Positions 1-16,566 of a stretch of 64,000 bases of DNA are shown here, piece after piece. The notes under the pieces were generated by a model. That model searched no databases. It worked only from the letters and a program-made list of their open reading frames with translations, and had not been told where the DNA came from. The translations under genes and the position numbers were made by a program. How positions within the stretch are numbered: position 1 is the stretch's first letter; each line of letters opens with the position of its first letter. Location: the NCBI RefSeq assembly GCF_009914755.1, contig NC_060943.1; one strand, given 5' to 3'. This DNA comes from the human T2T-CHM13v2.0 reference genome, Homo sapiens.

Positions 1-658
1 ACCCACCAGACTCAGGAGCCCAGCTGGCTTCACCCAGTGGATGCCGCACCGGGGCTGCAGGTGGAGTGCCTGCCAGTCCTGCGCCATGCGCTCGCACTCC
101 TCAGCCCTTAGGTGGTCGATGGGACTGGGCGCCGTGGAGCAGGGAGCGGCATCCGTCAGGGAGGATAGGGCTGCACAGGAACCCACGGAGGCGAGGGAAG
201 ACTCAGGCATGGCAGACTGCAGTCCCGAGGCCTGCCCCACGGGAAGGCAGCTAAGGCCCGGCGAGAAATCGAGCGCAGCGCCAGTGGGCTGGCACTGCTG
301 GGGGACCCAGTACACCCTCCGCAGCCGCTGGCCCGGGTGCTAAGTCCCTCATTGCCCGGGGCGGGCAGGGCCGGCCAGGGGCTCCGAGTGCGAGGCCCGC
401 CAAGCCCACACCCACCCGGAACTCCAGCTGGCCCGCAAGCACCGCACGCAGCCCCGGTTCCCGCTCGCGCCTCTCCCTCCACAACTCCCTACAAGCTGAG
501 GGAGTCGGCTACGGCCTTGGCCAGCCCAGAAAGGGGCTCCCACAGTGCAGCGGTGGGCTGAAGGGCTCCTCAAGTGCCGCCAAAGTAGGAGCCCAGGCAG
601 AGGAGGCGCCGAGAGCAAGCGAGAGCTGTGAGGACTGCCAGCACGCTGTCACCTCTCA
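1..658 (-). mobile_element. LTR12C-like (ERV9) LTR, 5' (U3) part; continues left of the window
   Basis: Reverse complement starts TGAGAGGTGACAGCGTGCTGGCAGTCCTCACAGC at 658 and is followed by the GC-rich LTR12 U3 sequence (CACTTGAGGAGCCCTTCAGCCCACCGCTGCACTGTGGGAGCCCC...). Confidence 0.9.
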
Positions 659-1158
659 AGACCTTTTCCTTTTCTCCTTTTTCAGTCTTTCAGCAGCCAT
701 TTTCTAGTAGATGTTGGTAATTGAGTGGAACTAGCCAGAGCCACTCTGATGTTCTCTGAAGGCCAATGAGCAAACAGGGCTGCCTGTCCTGCCCAGAAGG
801 GGGAAAGATTTTCTATCCTTTCTGGTTATAGTCCCTTACCCCTACATATGACACCGTTGGCAGCGGGCAGTTCGCCCAGGGTGAACTCACATGTTTCAGG
901 TGACTTAAACCTTCTTTTCTTTTCTTATGCTAAATTCTTCCCTTCCCCCACTCAACTAGCTATGAACAGAAAACCCACCTAGCTATGCAAAAAGGTTATA
1001 CAAGTCAGAGGGTCCAAGCATGTTGCAGGTGGTCTGTGAGGTGCACGGTGGTGGGGGGGTGGGGGAGCTTATGAAAGGAAATGTATTATTGCTGAAGTTG
1101 AGAGAGTTAAAGGGTTGCTTTAAATGGGATAGATAAACCTTTAAAAAAGCTCATAGTA

Positions 1159-1440
1159 GTCCGGGCGCGGTGGCTCATGCCTGTAATCCCAGCACTTTGA
1201 GATGCTGAGGCGGACAGATCATAAGGTCAGGAGTTCGAGACCTGCCTGACCAACTAAAACTACAGAAAAATTAGTCTTGCATTGTGGCACGCACCTGTAA
1301 TGCCAGCTACTCAGGAGGCTGAGGCAGGAGAATCGCTTGAATCCAGGAGGCAGAGGTTGCAGTGAGCCAAGATCATGCCACTGCACTCCAGCCTGGACAA
1401 CAGAGCAAGACTCTGTCTCAAAAAAAAATTAAAAAAAAAA
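1159..1440 (+). mobile_element. Alu (AluS-type, small internal deletion) inserted in the ERV leader
   Basis: Alu arms, A-tail and TSD ctcatagta. Confidence 0.9.
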
Positions 1441-1671
1441 ACAACACCTCATAGTAGGTCATCAGTGGTGGAGGGAACCATTCTAAAGTTGTGCTGGCAC
1501 CTATCTAAGGTCAGAGCCATCTGACAGACTAAGTATGGGGCCTAAAGAGGGGATGTTCCCAGAGACCCCAGTCTGGGCCAAGAAGTTTTCCAGGGAGATG
1601 CCCCAGGAAAAATTTGGGTCACCTAATGAGCCCTCTACTTTGCAAAGTCCTCTTCTTTTTTCTAGACCACT

Positions 1672-3200
1672 ATGAGCAACTCTTAATCTATTTCACCTGA
1701 TTCCACTGTGGGGAACTCTATTTCCAATTCTGATTCCCTGCTTGGCTATATCTTCCATCATTAGAATCAATTTGACCCTGACAATCTAACAAGAAAATGT
1801 ATAATATTTTTCTGCAATACTGTCTGGCCCTATTATGAGCTGCTCAGTTCAGAACACTGGGCAGTCAATGGTAGCATTAATTATGACACTATCCTGCAAT
1901 CAGGCCTATTTTGCAAGAGGCAGGGCAAATGGTCAGAAATCTCCTATGTACAGCCCTTCATGACCCTATATCAAAACCTAACAATCTGTGAAACTCCCAG
2001 AACCTACCCCCCAAAGGAAAGTTCTAAGGCAGAAGTAGATATTATAGATAACCTTCTTTTACAGGGCCACCTGGTTCTCAGGGTGAGCAGTGACCATCCT
2101 TGCCAAGCGACCCCTTGCCAAGTGCTTCTGAGGCTAAAACTCAGAAGCAAACACCGGGGACCCTACAAGTTCCCCTCATACTCAAGGGGGAACACTGTAT
2201 TGAACTCTCTCTCCAGCCCTGCTACCTCTTAGGGTAGCAGGAGCTGAGAGGCCAGTCCTAGTGAAGGTCCCCTTCTCTATATAACTGATACGCAACAATG
2301 TAAGGAGAAGCTAGGAAGCTATTCTGAGAATCTTGGGAAATTTGCTGATGGGTTTCAAACTTTGATCTCTCATGGAGAGATGTTCAATTTATTCTAGCAA
2401 CCTGTTGCATCCCTTCAGAAAAAGAACAAATCTTTTGACGCCACCCACCAGGAAGCGGATGGATTATTCACCTGAAACCCTCAGGGCAATCACTCAGGAC
2501 CAGAAACAGTTCCCACTACTGATCCTCATTGAAACTACAACACCACTGTAGGAAACAACCAGGCTAAATTTCTTGAGGCTCTCCTTGGAGGAATGAGAAA
2601 GGGAATAACTAAGGCAGAAAATTATGATAAAGTACAGAAGGTTACACAAAGCAAGAAGAAAAATCTAGCCATGTTTTATGGCAGGTTGGAGGAAGCCTTT
2701 AAAAAAATATACTAATCTAGTCCCTTCCTCTTCCTGAAGGGAAAATACTAATGGCAAAGCATTTTATTAGCCAATCTGCCCCTGACATTAGACATAAGCT
2801 CCACAAGCTACAGATAGGGCCACAGACTAACCAAAACCAGCTTCTTGATACAATGTTTATGGTGTATAACAATTGTGACCTGAAGGAAGGAAAAAGGAAA
2901 CAGAGTGAAGAAAAATGGCAAGCCAAAATTATGGCAGCCATCATTGGTGATGTCCTGAATGCCCGAAGAGCATCTAAGGAAAATCTGAAGGGCCATAAAG
3001 ATAAAGCCAGCAGAGACTCTTGCTTCAAATGCAAGAAAAGTGGGCACTGGGCAAAGGGATATACTAAGCCCCTGCCAGGTCCCTGCTGTCAATGCAAAGG
3101 TACCAGTCATTACCCCTGGAGAACTGACTGCCCCTGTGCCACCATGGGGTTGGGTCAGAAAACTCTAGCAGTGCAAAAGGAGGAATTAGATGAAGACTGA
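1672..3200 (+). pseudogene. ERV gag pseudogene (longest open piece 2751-3200, CA C-terminus and NC)
   Basis: ORF track 1960-2232 and 2751-3200 translate as gag fragments; antisense to the host gene. Confidence 0.8.
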
Positions 3201-3724
3201 AGGGGCCTGGGATCTTCCTCACTGCCCCTGTCTAGGAACATCGTAGCAACCACATCATGCCCAATTCAGCGGTTTATCTAGTTGCTATAGTCTAGACTAA
3301 AAGTTCCCGGATGACAGGGACCATGACTGCTTTATCTATTTATCTAATGGTCATATGAAATGGAAGCAATTAGTTTATCTGAGTCTCCAGACCTCTTCCT
3401 TGTTTTTCACCTAAGTACCAGGAAACTGGAGAAACTCTCATCTGAGTACCAACCAAAGACATCTCTTGCATGGGGGTAGGAACAAACACAGGATGACTTA
3501 TTTCTCTTGCACTGAGACAGAAGCAGAATTAACCACTCATGTCAGCCTTACACAATTCTGTTCTGGACATTTTCAAATTTCTCAAGGATGCCTAGGTGAT
3601 TGTGAGAGGGTTCTCAGTGCCCCTGAGCTGGTGGCCCAATGATAAGCTAGGGATGAGAGACTCAGGCTAAATGAAGAATGGAACTGTCCTGGTAGAGCTC
3701 CACAACTTGAATTGCATGTCCTGA

Positions 3725-3828
3725 TTAGTTAGCTCTTGGGTTTAAAAAAAAAAGGACAAGAATACTCTACTCCAGTTAGTTAGCTCTTGGGTTTAAAAAA
3801 AAAAAAAAAGGACAATACTCTACTCCAG
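3725..3828. repeat. Tandem duplication of about 51 bp
   Basis: ttagttagctcttgggttt(a)nggacaa(gaa)tactctactccag occurs twice head-to-tail (3725-3775, 3776-3828). Confidence 0.9.
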
Positions 3829-4269
3829 TATCACATTTTATGGGTAGGTATAGTTTGGTCATGGCACTGGATACCTTGTAAGTCTTAATCTCTTACTCTG
3901 AAGATGCTTGTTTACACTTACAGATTCTGTAATCAGATTCTATTTACACCTGGAGCCCCTCACATAACTGTAGAAAGTCACTGCACAAGATCTGAGAAGT
4001 TCAAAAACCCGCACCCTCAAAAAGGGGTTTTAATATTTCCATGTTGACATCTCACAATGCAGAAAATGTCCCCCGTATGTTTTCTGTACATTCTCAATCG
4101 AAAGCCTAACCTTGACTTGTGAATCCCAGACAGAGGTTAGACCTTATGTGCAGATTCTACGTCAGATAAACCTGGCTCTGCATTCCTGTGTGTCACAGAA
4201 AGTGGAGTACAATCAAAGGAGAGGTCCACTCACAGAGGCTGCTCTAGCTCATTCTAAATGATATTTCTA

Positions 4270-4680
4270 CCTAAAAGGGAAAAGTTGAGGCAACATAAAT
4301 ATAAATAGACAGTTTTGGGAGGACCAAGCTTGAGGATTATAACATGAAAGCAAAGACTCAAGTTGCTTGGAATTTATATTTTGCTTACCACCAGTTACAA
4401 GTGTATTTGTAAAGGTAAAAAGAGGACAGAGGCTGTTCTCTCTTTGGGCTGGTACAAACTTGTTTGTCAGAAACTCTTACTTACAGGAATAACATTAATT
4501 ATTGATTGGATGTACATCATTAAGGCTTAGAGTGTCCAGTGTGGCATTATTAATTTAATTCACAGCTACTGGTGGCAATAGCAAACAGTTTCAAGGTATG
4601 AATACATATAGTTGAAAGTGGGGAGAAAGACATAATTGTGCTCTCATTTTAATGTCTCTTCAAGTTTGACAACTAAAAGG
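4270..4680 (-). mobile_element. Old ERV1 LTR remnant (MER92-like)
   Basis: ccaagcttgaggatt...ctcaagttgc...ccagttacaagtg...attgattgg resembles the reversed MER92 consensus as recalled; diverged. Confidence 0.4.
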
Positions 4681-5228
4681 ACCTGCATTTCCCAGATATA
4701 AGTTTTTTAATTTCCAAAATTTCAAGACCTAGATTCAGAATTTGGAGCTGCAGATTTAGGTTCTGGATGGATAAGAGTATCAGCAGGTGTTACCTGCACA
4801 TTTGTGAGCATTTCAGTAACAGGAGGAAGTGGAAAGTGGAGATTCTCATGTCTATGTGTATACTCAATGCACACCTGTTACTCTAATTGGGTTTGTGGGC
4901 CCCATGGTCTCTAAATCAGTTTCAGGTCTGAAGATACAAGAGTAATTGAAAGAGGTAAAATGGCTGATTGCTGCCCTGTGAAGTTCGTAGAAATCTGGCC
5001 TAGCCCCTCCAGAAGTGACTGTAGAGGACTATCAATACCAAATAGGAGAGACAATTCTGCCTGCATATTTAGGCGACAGCATGCACTTGGCAGCAAATTT
5101 GGGAGTGACTGGAAGCCTGAGAGGGTAAGCCCACTCTAGAGTAGATCCTGGTTGGCACCTTATATGTTTCTATCATATCTGGTAATTCCAGACAGTGTTT
5201 GGGAAATATCATTAAAATAAAAATTTTC

Positions 5229-5415
5229 TGGTTGGGGGCAAGGGGAGGGAGAGCATTAGGACATATATCTAATGCATGTGGGGCTTAAAATTAGATGACA
5301 GGTTGATAGGTGGAGCAAGCCACCATGGCGCATGTATACCTGTGTAACAAACCTGCACGTTCTGCACATGTATCCCAGAACTTAAAGTATAATTTAAAAA
5401 ATAATAATAATAGAA
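5229..5415 (+). mobile_element. L1PA 3' end fragment (L1PA7-10-like)
   Basis: gcattagga...tgtaacaaacctgcacgttctgcacatgtatcccagaacttaaagtat followed by an A-rich tail. Confidence 0.85.
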
Positions 5416-5475
5416 GAAAAAATTTTATCCAGCCCCAGAGAAACTCCACAATGATAGAACATTAAGAAAACTGTT

Positions 5476-5790
<315 letters not shown>

Positions 5791-5899
5791 TAAAATCCTG
5801 AGTCACAAAGAATGCCAAAAAGTTTATTTACCTGTTAATATGATACACATTTATTTTTAAAAAGCAGAGAAAAATATCTACATATAACCTAAATGCTTA

Positions 5900-6559
<660 letters not shown>

Positions 6560-8351
6560 TTATTTCTAACTTAAATTTTCTCTTACAACAGCCAGGTCTC
6601 TGGATATGTTGAACTCTTCGACATCTTAATTTTAGTAGACACTGGATTCAGGCATCTAAGGAGTAGCATTGGGCACACAGTATTCACTTGAAAGAATGTT
6701 TATGGGGAAAAAAGCAGAAGAGAAAAAGGTGCTATAAAAAATCCATGGGTCCACATAAATAAAGCAACTTCTTAGAGACCTATGAAGACAGTTGGATTCT
6801 TACACAAAAATAGTGGGAGGCTACAATACACCACAGACACTAGTAAACAAATCACTGAGGCAGAAAAATTAACAAAGATATTAGGACCTAAACTCAACAC
6901 TTGACCAAATAGTACTAAAATATCTGTAGAACTCTCCATCTAAAAACAACATAATATACAATGTTTTCACCACCACAGGGCACATACTCTAAAACTGACC
7001 ACAAAATCAGAAATAAAACAATCCTGAGCAAATTCAAAAATTTCAAAATTGTATCAACAACATACTCAGACCACAGCTTGATAAAAATATAATTCAATAC
7101 AAAGAAAACCACTTGAAACCAGACAACTACATGCAAATTAACCTGAATATGAATGACTTTTGGGTAAATAATAAAATTAAGGCAGAAATCAAGTTCTTTA
7201 AAATAAATGAGAACAAAGACACAACATACCAGAATCACTGCAACAAAACTAAGGCAGTATTAAGAGGGAAATTTATAGCATTAAATGCTCACATCAAAAG
7301 GTAGAAATATCTCAATTTAATAACCTGACATCCTAAATAAAAGAATGAGAGAAGTGAGAGCAAATCAACCCCTAAGGTAGCAGAAAACAACAAATAACTA
7401 AAATCATATCTGAACTGAAGAATATTTAGATGATGTAAAAAACTACAAAAAAGACTAAAAAATTAGAAGTAAATGTTTTGAAAAAACTCAGTAAGATAAA
7501 TAAACCACTAGCTAGATTAATGAAAAAAGAGAAGATCCAAAAAAAAAAAAACACAATTAGTAATGACAAATGGACATTATCACTGATTTGGCAAAAATAC
7601 AAACAAGGATGAAAGTCTACAATGAGCACTTCTATGCACAGTAACTAAAAAATCTAGAAGAAATGAATAAATTCCTGGACAAATACCTCCTCCCTAGACT
7701 GAACAAAAAAGAAATTGAACCCCTGAATAAACCAATAAAAAGCTCCAAAATCAAATTAATAATAAGTAGCCTACCAACCAAAAAAAGCCCAGGACCAGAC
7801 GGACTTACAGCTGAATTCTACCAGATGTACAAACAAAAGTTGGTATTATTTTTACTAAAACTATTCCAAATAATTGAGAAAGGACTTCTCCCCAAGTTAT
7901 TATATAAGAACAGCATCATTCTGATACCAAAACCTGGCAAAGACAAAACAAACACACAAACAAACAAAAAACTTCAGGCCAATATTTTTAATAAATATTA
8001 ACAAAAAATCATCAACAAAATACTGAAAAACCAAATCCAGCAGCACATCAAAAAGTTAATCTACCATTATCAAGTAGGATTTATCCCTGGAACACAAGGT
8101 TGGTTCAATATATACAAATCAATAAATGTCATTTATCACTTAAACAGAACTACAGACAAAAACCACAAAATTAACTCAATAGATGCAGAAAAAGCTTTCA
8201 GTAAAATTTAACATCCTTCATGTTATAACCCTCAACAAACTAGGCATTGAAGGTACATACTTCAAAAGAGTTATCTACGACAAATTCACAGCCAACATAC
8301 TGAATAGATACAAGTTGCAAACATTTTTTTTCTTGAAAACTGGCACAAGAC

Positions 8352-8704
<353 letters not shown>

Positions 8705-8983
8705 TCACCACTCCTATTAAACATGGAATTTTGAAGTCCTGGCTGATCAATCAGGCAAGCCGAAACAATAAAAGCACCCAAAAAGAAAGAGGAACTCAAA
8801 CTATCCCGGGTGCAGATGACATGACTCTACATCTAAAAAAACCTATAGTCTCAGCAGAAAAGTTCTGTAAGCTGACAAACAACTTCAGCAAAGTTTCAGA
8901 ATACAAAATAAACATACAAAATTAGTAGCATCTCTGTACATCAACCATATCCAAAGCAAAGGCCAAATTAATAATACAATCCT

Positions 8984-9285
8984 AGCTGGGCACGGTGGCT
9001 CACGCCTGTAATCCCAGCACTTTGGGAGGCCAAGAGGGGCAGATCACCTGAGGTCGGGAGTTCGAGACAAGCCTGGCCAACATGGGGAAACCTCGTCTCT
9101 ACTAAAAATACAAAAATTAGCCAGGTGTGGTGGTGCATGCCTGTAATCCCAGCTACTCAGGAGGCTGAGGCAGGAGAATTGCTTGAACCCAGGAGGTGGA
9201 GATTGCAGTGAGCCAAAATCACACCACTTGCACTCCAGCCTGGGCAACAGAGCGAGACTCCGTCTCAAAAAAAAAAAAAAAAAAA
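8984..9285 (+). mobile_element. Alu (AluS) in L1
   Basis: Alu consensus with A-tail. Confidence 0.9.
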
Positions 9286-9395
9286 ATCCCATTTGCAGTT
9301 GCCACAAAAACGAATATCTAGAAATACAGCTAACTAGGGAGATGAAAGATCTCTAGGACAAGAATTACAAAACACTTCTTAAAGAAGTCAGAGAT

Positions 9396-9690
9396 GGCCG
9401 GCTACAGTGGCTCACGCCTGTAATCCCAGCACTTTGGGAGGCCGAGGCGGGTGGATCACCTGAGGTCGGGAGTTTGAGACTAGCCTGACCAACATAGAGA
9501 AACCCCATCTCTGCCTAAAAATACAAAATTAGTGCAGGGTGGTGGTGCATGCCTGCAATCCCAGCTACTCGCGAGTCTGAGGCAGATGAATCACTTGAAC
9601 CCCAGAGGCGGGAGGCTGCAGTGAACCAAGATCGTGCCATTGCACTCCAGCCTGGGCAACAAGAGTAAAACTGTCTTGGGGGGAAAAAAA
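9396..9690 (+). mobile_element. Alu (AluSp-like) in L1
   Basis: Alu consensus; TSD aagtcagagatg. Confidence 0.9.
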
Positions 9691-9819
9691 GTCAGAGATG
9701 ACACAAACAAATGGAAAATCATTTTGTGCTCATTGATAGAAAAGTTCGGTATTAATATGGCCATACCACCAAAAGAAATTTACAGATATGTTATTTCTAT
9801 GAAACTATCAAAAATATTC

Positions 9820-10122
<303 letters not shown>

Positions 10123-10443
10123 TAACTTAAAAAAAAAAAAAATTAAATACATATGGAACCAAAAAAGAGCTCTAATAGCCAAGGCACTTTTCTAAGCAAA
10201 AATAACAAAGCTGGAGGCATTACATTACCCAACTTTATCTTACAAAGCTACAGTAACCAAAGCAGCATGGTACTGGAACAAAAACAGACTCAGACAAATG
10301 CAACAGAATAGAGAGCCAAAAAATAATGCCACGCACTTAAAACCATCTGATCTTCAACAAAGCTGACAAATAGAAATACAGGAATAATTTCCTATTTAAT
10401 TTTAAATGTTATTTAAATTTTTAATGTAAACATTTAAATTTCT

Positions 10444-10820
<377 letters not shown>

Positions 10821-11261
10821 TCAACAAAACTGACAAAGAGAAATATGGGAATAATTTCCTATTTAATAAATGGTGCAGTAATAACTATTTAGCACTATGT
10901 ACAAGGCTAACCCTGGATCCCTTCCTTACAACATATACAAAAATTAACAAGATAAATTAAAGACTTAAATGTAAAACTTAGAATTATAAAAAACTCTGGA
11001 AGATAACCTAGGAAATATCATTCCAGACACAGGAACCAGCAAATTTTATAATGAAGATACCAAAAGCAATTGCAACAAATTGACAAATGGGATCTAACTG
11101 AAGAGTTTCTTCATAGAAAACTATTAACAGAGTAAAGACAACCTACAGAATAAAAGAAAATATTTGCAAACTATGCTTTTGACAAAGGTCTAATATCCAG
11201 AATCCATAATGAATTTAAATAAGTTTACAAGAAAAAAAAAAAACCTCATTAAAAAGTAGGT

Positions 11262-11880
<619 letters not shown>

Positions 11881-12037
11881 ATAGGTACATAAACATCATG
11901 GAACACTGTGTGGCCATAAAAAGAGACCAAGATCATTTCTTTTGCAGCAACATGTACAGAGCTAGAGACCACTATCCTTAGAAAACTAATGCAGAAACAG
12001 AAAATCAAATGCATGTTATTATTTATAAATAAGAACT

Positions 12038-12342
<305 letters not shown>

Positions 12343-13094
12343 AAGAGCTAAATAATAAGAACACATGGACACAAAGAGAGGAACAACAAAAACTGAGACT
12401 TAGTTGAGGGTGGAGAGTAGAAGGACAAAGAGAATCAGAAAAAAATACTTGTTTGGTGCCAAGCTTAGTACCTCAGTGACAAAATAATCTGCACACCAAA
12501 CCTTCATGACACAATTTTACCTATAAAACAAACCTGCAGATGTACCTATGAACCAAAAATAAAAGTTAAAAGTAAAAAATCCATGGGTGGAGGAGAGTGC
12601 AATGTAAGTGGAAGGACTGGTTTGTACTACAGATAGTGGCTTAGGTGAGGCTACACTGATTTATTTTTGTGCCCATGAAGGCAGAAGAGATTATGAACAG
12701 TTGGTCAAAACCCTAGGATGGTGGAGAAAACAGATTACTGCTGCAGATTCAGTGTCTGCAGGTGGGGATATTCCAGGAGACATAGTCATTTTTTGGGTTT
12801 TTCGCAAGAAGCACTAGGATAAACAATGCTGTTGTGAATTTTCTGAGGGTGGTACCTAGTCCTGGGAGGGGTGTGGGCACGTCAATGTCTAGTGGGTGTG
12901 TTTGTGAGTGGGTGGAAATCTTGTGGTGGTAGCTGTGGGAAAGTGGGGTTTGTTATCACAGCTCTTGTCCTTTAAGTTTTCAGTCCTCGCTCACCCTTGG
13001 AGGAGACCTGAAATCACAGGACAACGAGCTTGTGTACAGGAGAGCAGAGCCTCCCATTCCAGGCACCCAGAGTTCCATTCCAGGCCAGGCCTCT

Positions 13095-13460
13095 GTGATA
13101 TCTTTTTTCTGGCACCAAATCTGTAGAATTTACTGAACACAAAGCAATCCTCCAACACTCATTGTCTAACGTTTGAATTCTGACACCACCCAGAGTCAGC
13201 ATAGACCCTGATTCAGAGCACAATCCACAACACTGTCTTTACTGCAGATGCCAGTCACAAACTTCATGGGCTGATCTATGCTTCTGAGCCACTGTTTAAT
13301 AACTGGGGGCTCCCAGAACTTTCCTCAAGTTCAGTAATATAACAGAGCTATTCACAGAACTCAGTGAAACACTGTAGTTATCTTTACCAGTTTATTATAA
13401 AAGATACAACTCAGAAAAAGTCAAATGGAAGAAATACATAGGACCAGGAAAAAAGGTGGG
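13095..13460 (-). mobile_element. MER21-family LTR fragment
   Basis: gaattctgacacc..cagagtcagc..cagatgccagtcac..cacagaactcag..accagtttattataaaagatacaactcag matches reversed MER21B/C. Confidence 0.7.
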
Positions 13461-13659
13461 GAAAAATGAAGCACATAGATAATCCTGGTAAAGAGCTATG
13501 ATTAATAAAATTCTCCATCTTTGTATTCTCCAAAAATAGTTTTTCAAAAGAAATACCCTCTTATTATGACTTAGATGGTGCTCTCTTTTCTCACCTGTTG
13601 TAGAGCCAGACATAGACTCTGCATATTTTCTTCCTTTTCTTAAAAAAATCAGCTAAATT

Positions 13660-14000
13660 TGTCTTCAGTGGTCAAAATAAAATACTTCTTAATCAAACTT
13701 CTTTTTCCCACAGCAACTAAACTTTGAGCTACACTCAGTCTGAGCCAACATACAACCCCATTTTATGTTCACCCTAAGAATATGCTAACTTCAGGGTAAA
13801 ACATTTTCTGATCTAAAACCTGACTTTTTCACTCTCTATTCACCATTCTTCTGCTATTTTCTTTCTAATCTTGTTTTCTCCCCTCTGTGGAAAAAAAGTC
13901 TGCCTGAACTTTGCAATAATAGTTGGTACTTCCTCCTGTTGCAATACTCCTTTGGAATTAAAATTTTTTTTACATAAATCTATAACTTTAATTTTACAAA
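13660..14000 (+). mobile_element. Old ERV1 LTR remnant (MER67-like)
   Basis: ctgagccaacatacaacccc...cttcagggtaaaacattttctgatct...cctgttgcaatactcc. Confidence 0.45.
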
Positions 14001-14465
14001 ATTTAGAAACTGCCTCAAAACAATAATACTTATCTTCAGTAAGACCTTCACAGCACTTTTTCATTTTAACCTTAACTGCACCTGCCTGTGCATCCCCAGC
14101 TTCCCAGGGCTCTCAAGCTTCTCTCAGGATAAAGCCTTCTTCCATGGCTGGGGTGAGCAGGCTGACATATCTGCAGAAAAGGCTCCCCAGAAAGAACTAA
14201 CTGGGCCTTTAATAACCTCCTTTTGCAGGCTCAATATTAGCTTTAGATGGGCTCAACCTTTAATTTTCATGTCTGAGTTATTCACTTGGTGTCTGAAACT
14301 ATGTGTTTGAAAAATCCAGCAAAATTACTGAAACGCAGTGTTAGTATATAAAAAGAAAATTTTAAGGTGCTTCCATTTCATACCTCTGTAAGAAAACCAA
14401 AAGTATCTATACCTTTCAAACAATTAAGGTATTATTTTATTATTTATTTTAAAAGTTATGTAGTA

Positions 14466-14760
14466 GGCCGGGCATGGTGGCTCACACCTGTAATCCCAGC
14501 ACTTTGGGAGGCCAAGGCCAGCAGGTCACCTGAAGTCAGGAGTTCGAGCCTAGCCTGGCCAACATGGTGAAACCCCATCTCTACTACAAATACAAAAATT
14601 AGCCAGGCGTGGTGGTGCGCATCTGTAATCCCAGCTACTCGGGTGGCTGAGGCAGAAGAATCACTTGAATCTGGGAGGCGGAAGGTTGCAGTGAGCTGAG
14701 ATCATGGCACTGCACTCCAGCCTGGGTAACAGAGCGAGACTCAGTCTCAAAAAAAAAAAG
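14466..14760 (+). mobile_element. Alu (AluSx-like)
   Basis: Alu consensus; TSD approximately aaagttat(g/c)tagta. Confidence 0.9.
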
Positions 14761-14935
14761 AAAGTTATCTAGTAAACAATTAGTCATATGAGAACACTTC
14801 TAGGAGGTACCAAATTTCATCTCATAACACTTAGCATTAAATTCAGAAATCAAGATCATAGGATATAGAACAGATATTCACTGCCACAAATTTATGGTGC
14901 AAAAAGAGGAACTATGTTTTCATGAATCTATGTAA

Positions 14936-15278
<343 letters not shown>

Positions 15279-15537
15279 CTTATTCTTTTCCTTAGTAGGA
15301 TTCTAACAGCTAAACCTTGGAATTCTGTTTGAAATTACCCAGCCATAAACACAACTGACAAATTTTCTAAACTCACTCTGGGAAAGAAAAAGGTAAATAA
15401 AAACTTTTAACAAATAGAATATATAATTAAATTTTTTTTTTCTGAAACCCAACTCTTACATGCTCTTTGCACATATTTTCTTCCCTTTCAAATGCTACTA
15501 ATAAAATGCAATTTACATTTAAAAAAACTAAAGTCAC

Positions 15538-15861
<324 letters not shown>

Positions 15862-15921
15862 CTAATCTTTTCAAGGTGACAAACTAGGGAGTGGCAATGC
15901 TGATCAGAAAACAGATGTGTT

Positions 15922-16212
<291 letters not shown>

Positions 16213-16566
16213 AGAAAACAGGTGTGTCTAATTCATGTGTCAAGTCAGGTCACCAATCACTTGAGAGATTCTCCCACCCCATCCTGCTCACTTAAGTGCT
16301 CAATGACCACCCTCTCACTGCACTATGCCTCAGTGACTGCCCCAAGTGCATTTTACTTTGCAAGTTTTTGCATCATTTCACTGAGGTCACTTTTTTTTGT
16401 CTTTTGAAATGCTATTTTTTCTTTCACAAATCTTAGACAATCCAGGGGACAGAAATTATCTCTGTGTTTTTCCCTCAATACCAGCATCTGATTGGCTGAC
16501 CAGCAATATGTCTCCAAGAAATGGAAGCTGGGTTGAGTAAAGGCAATCTTCATGTCTCAAGGCTTA

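Larger units (their letters stand above)
659..3245 (+). mobile_element. ERV1 (gamma-like, ERV9/HERV-W-related) internal region: leader, defective gag, start of pro
   Basis: Broken gag from about 1672 with MA-like GKWSEISYVQPF, CA-like HFISQSAPDIRHKL, and NC CFKCKKSGHWAKGY plus CCQCKGTSH..DC; stop at 3198-3200 followed by a pro-like GGCCTGGG; frameshifts and stops throughout. Confidence 0.8.

Noticed and set aside
41-618. Several 60-108 aa GC-rich ORFs on both strands
   Set aside because: All lie within LTR12C U3; they are stop-poor because of GC content and show no domain signature.
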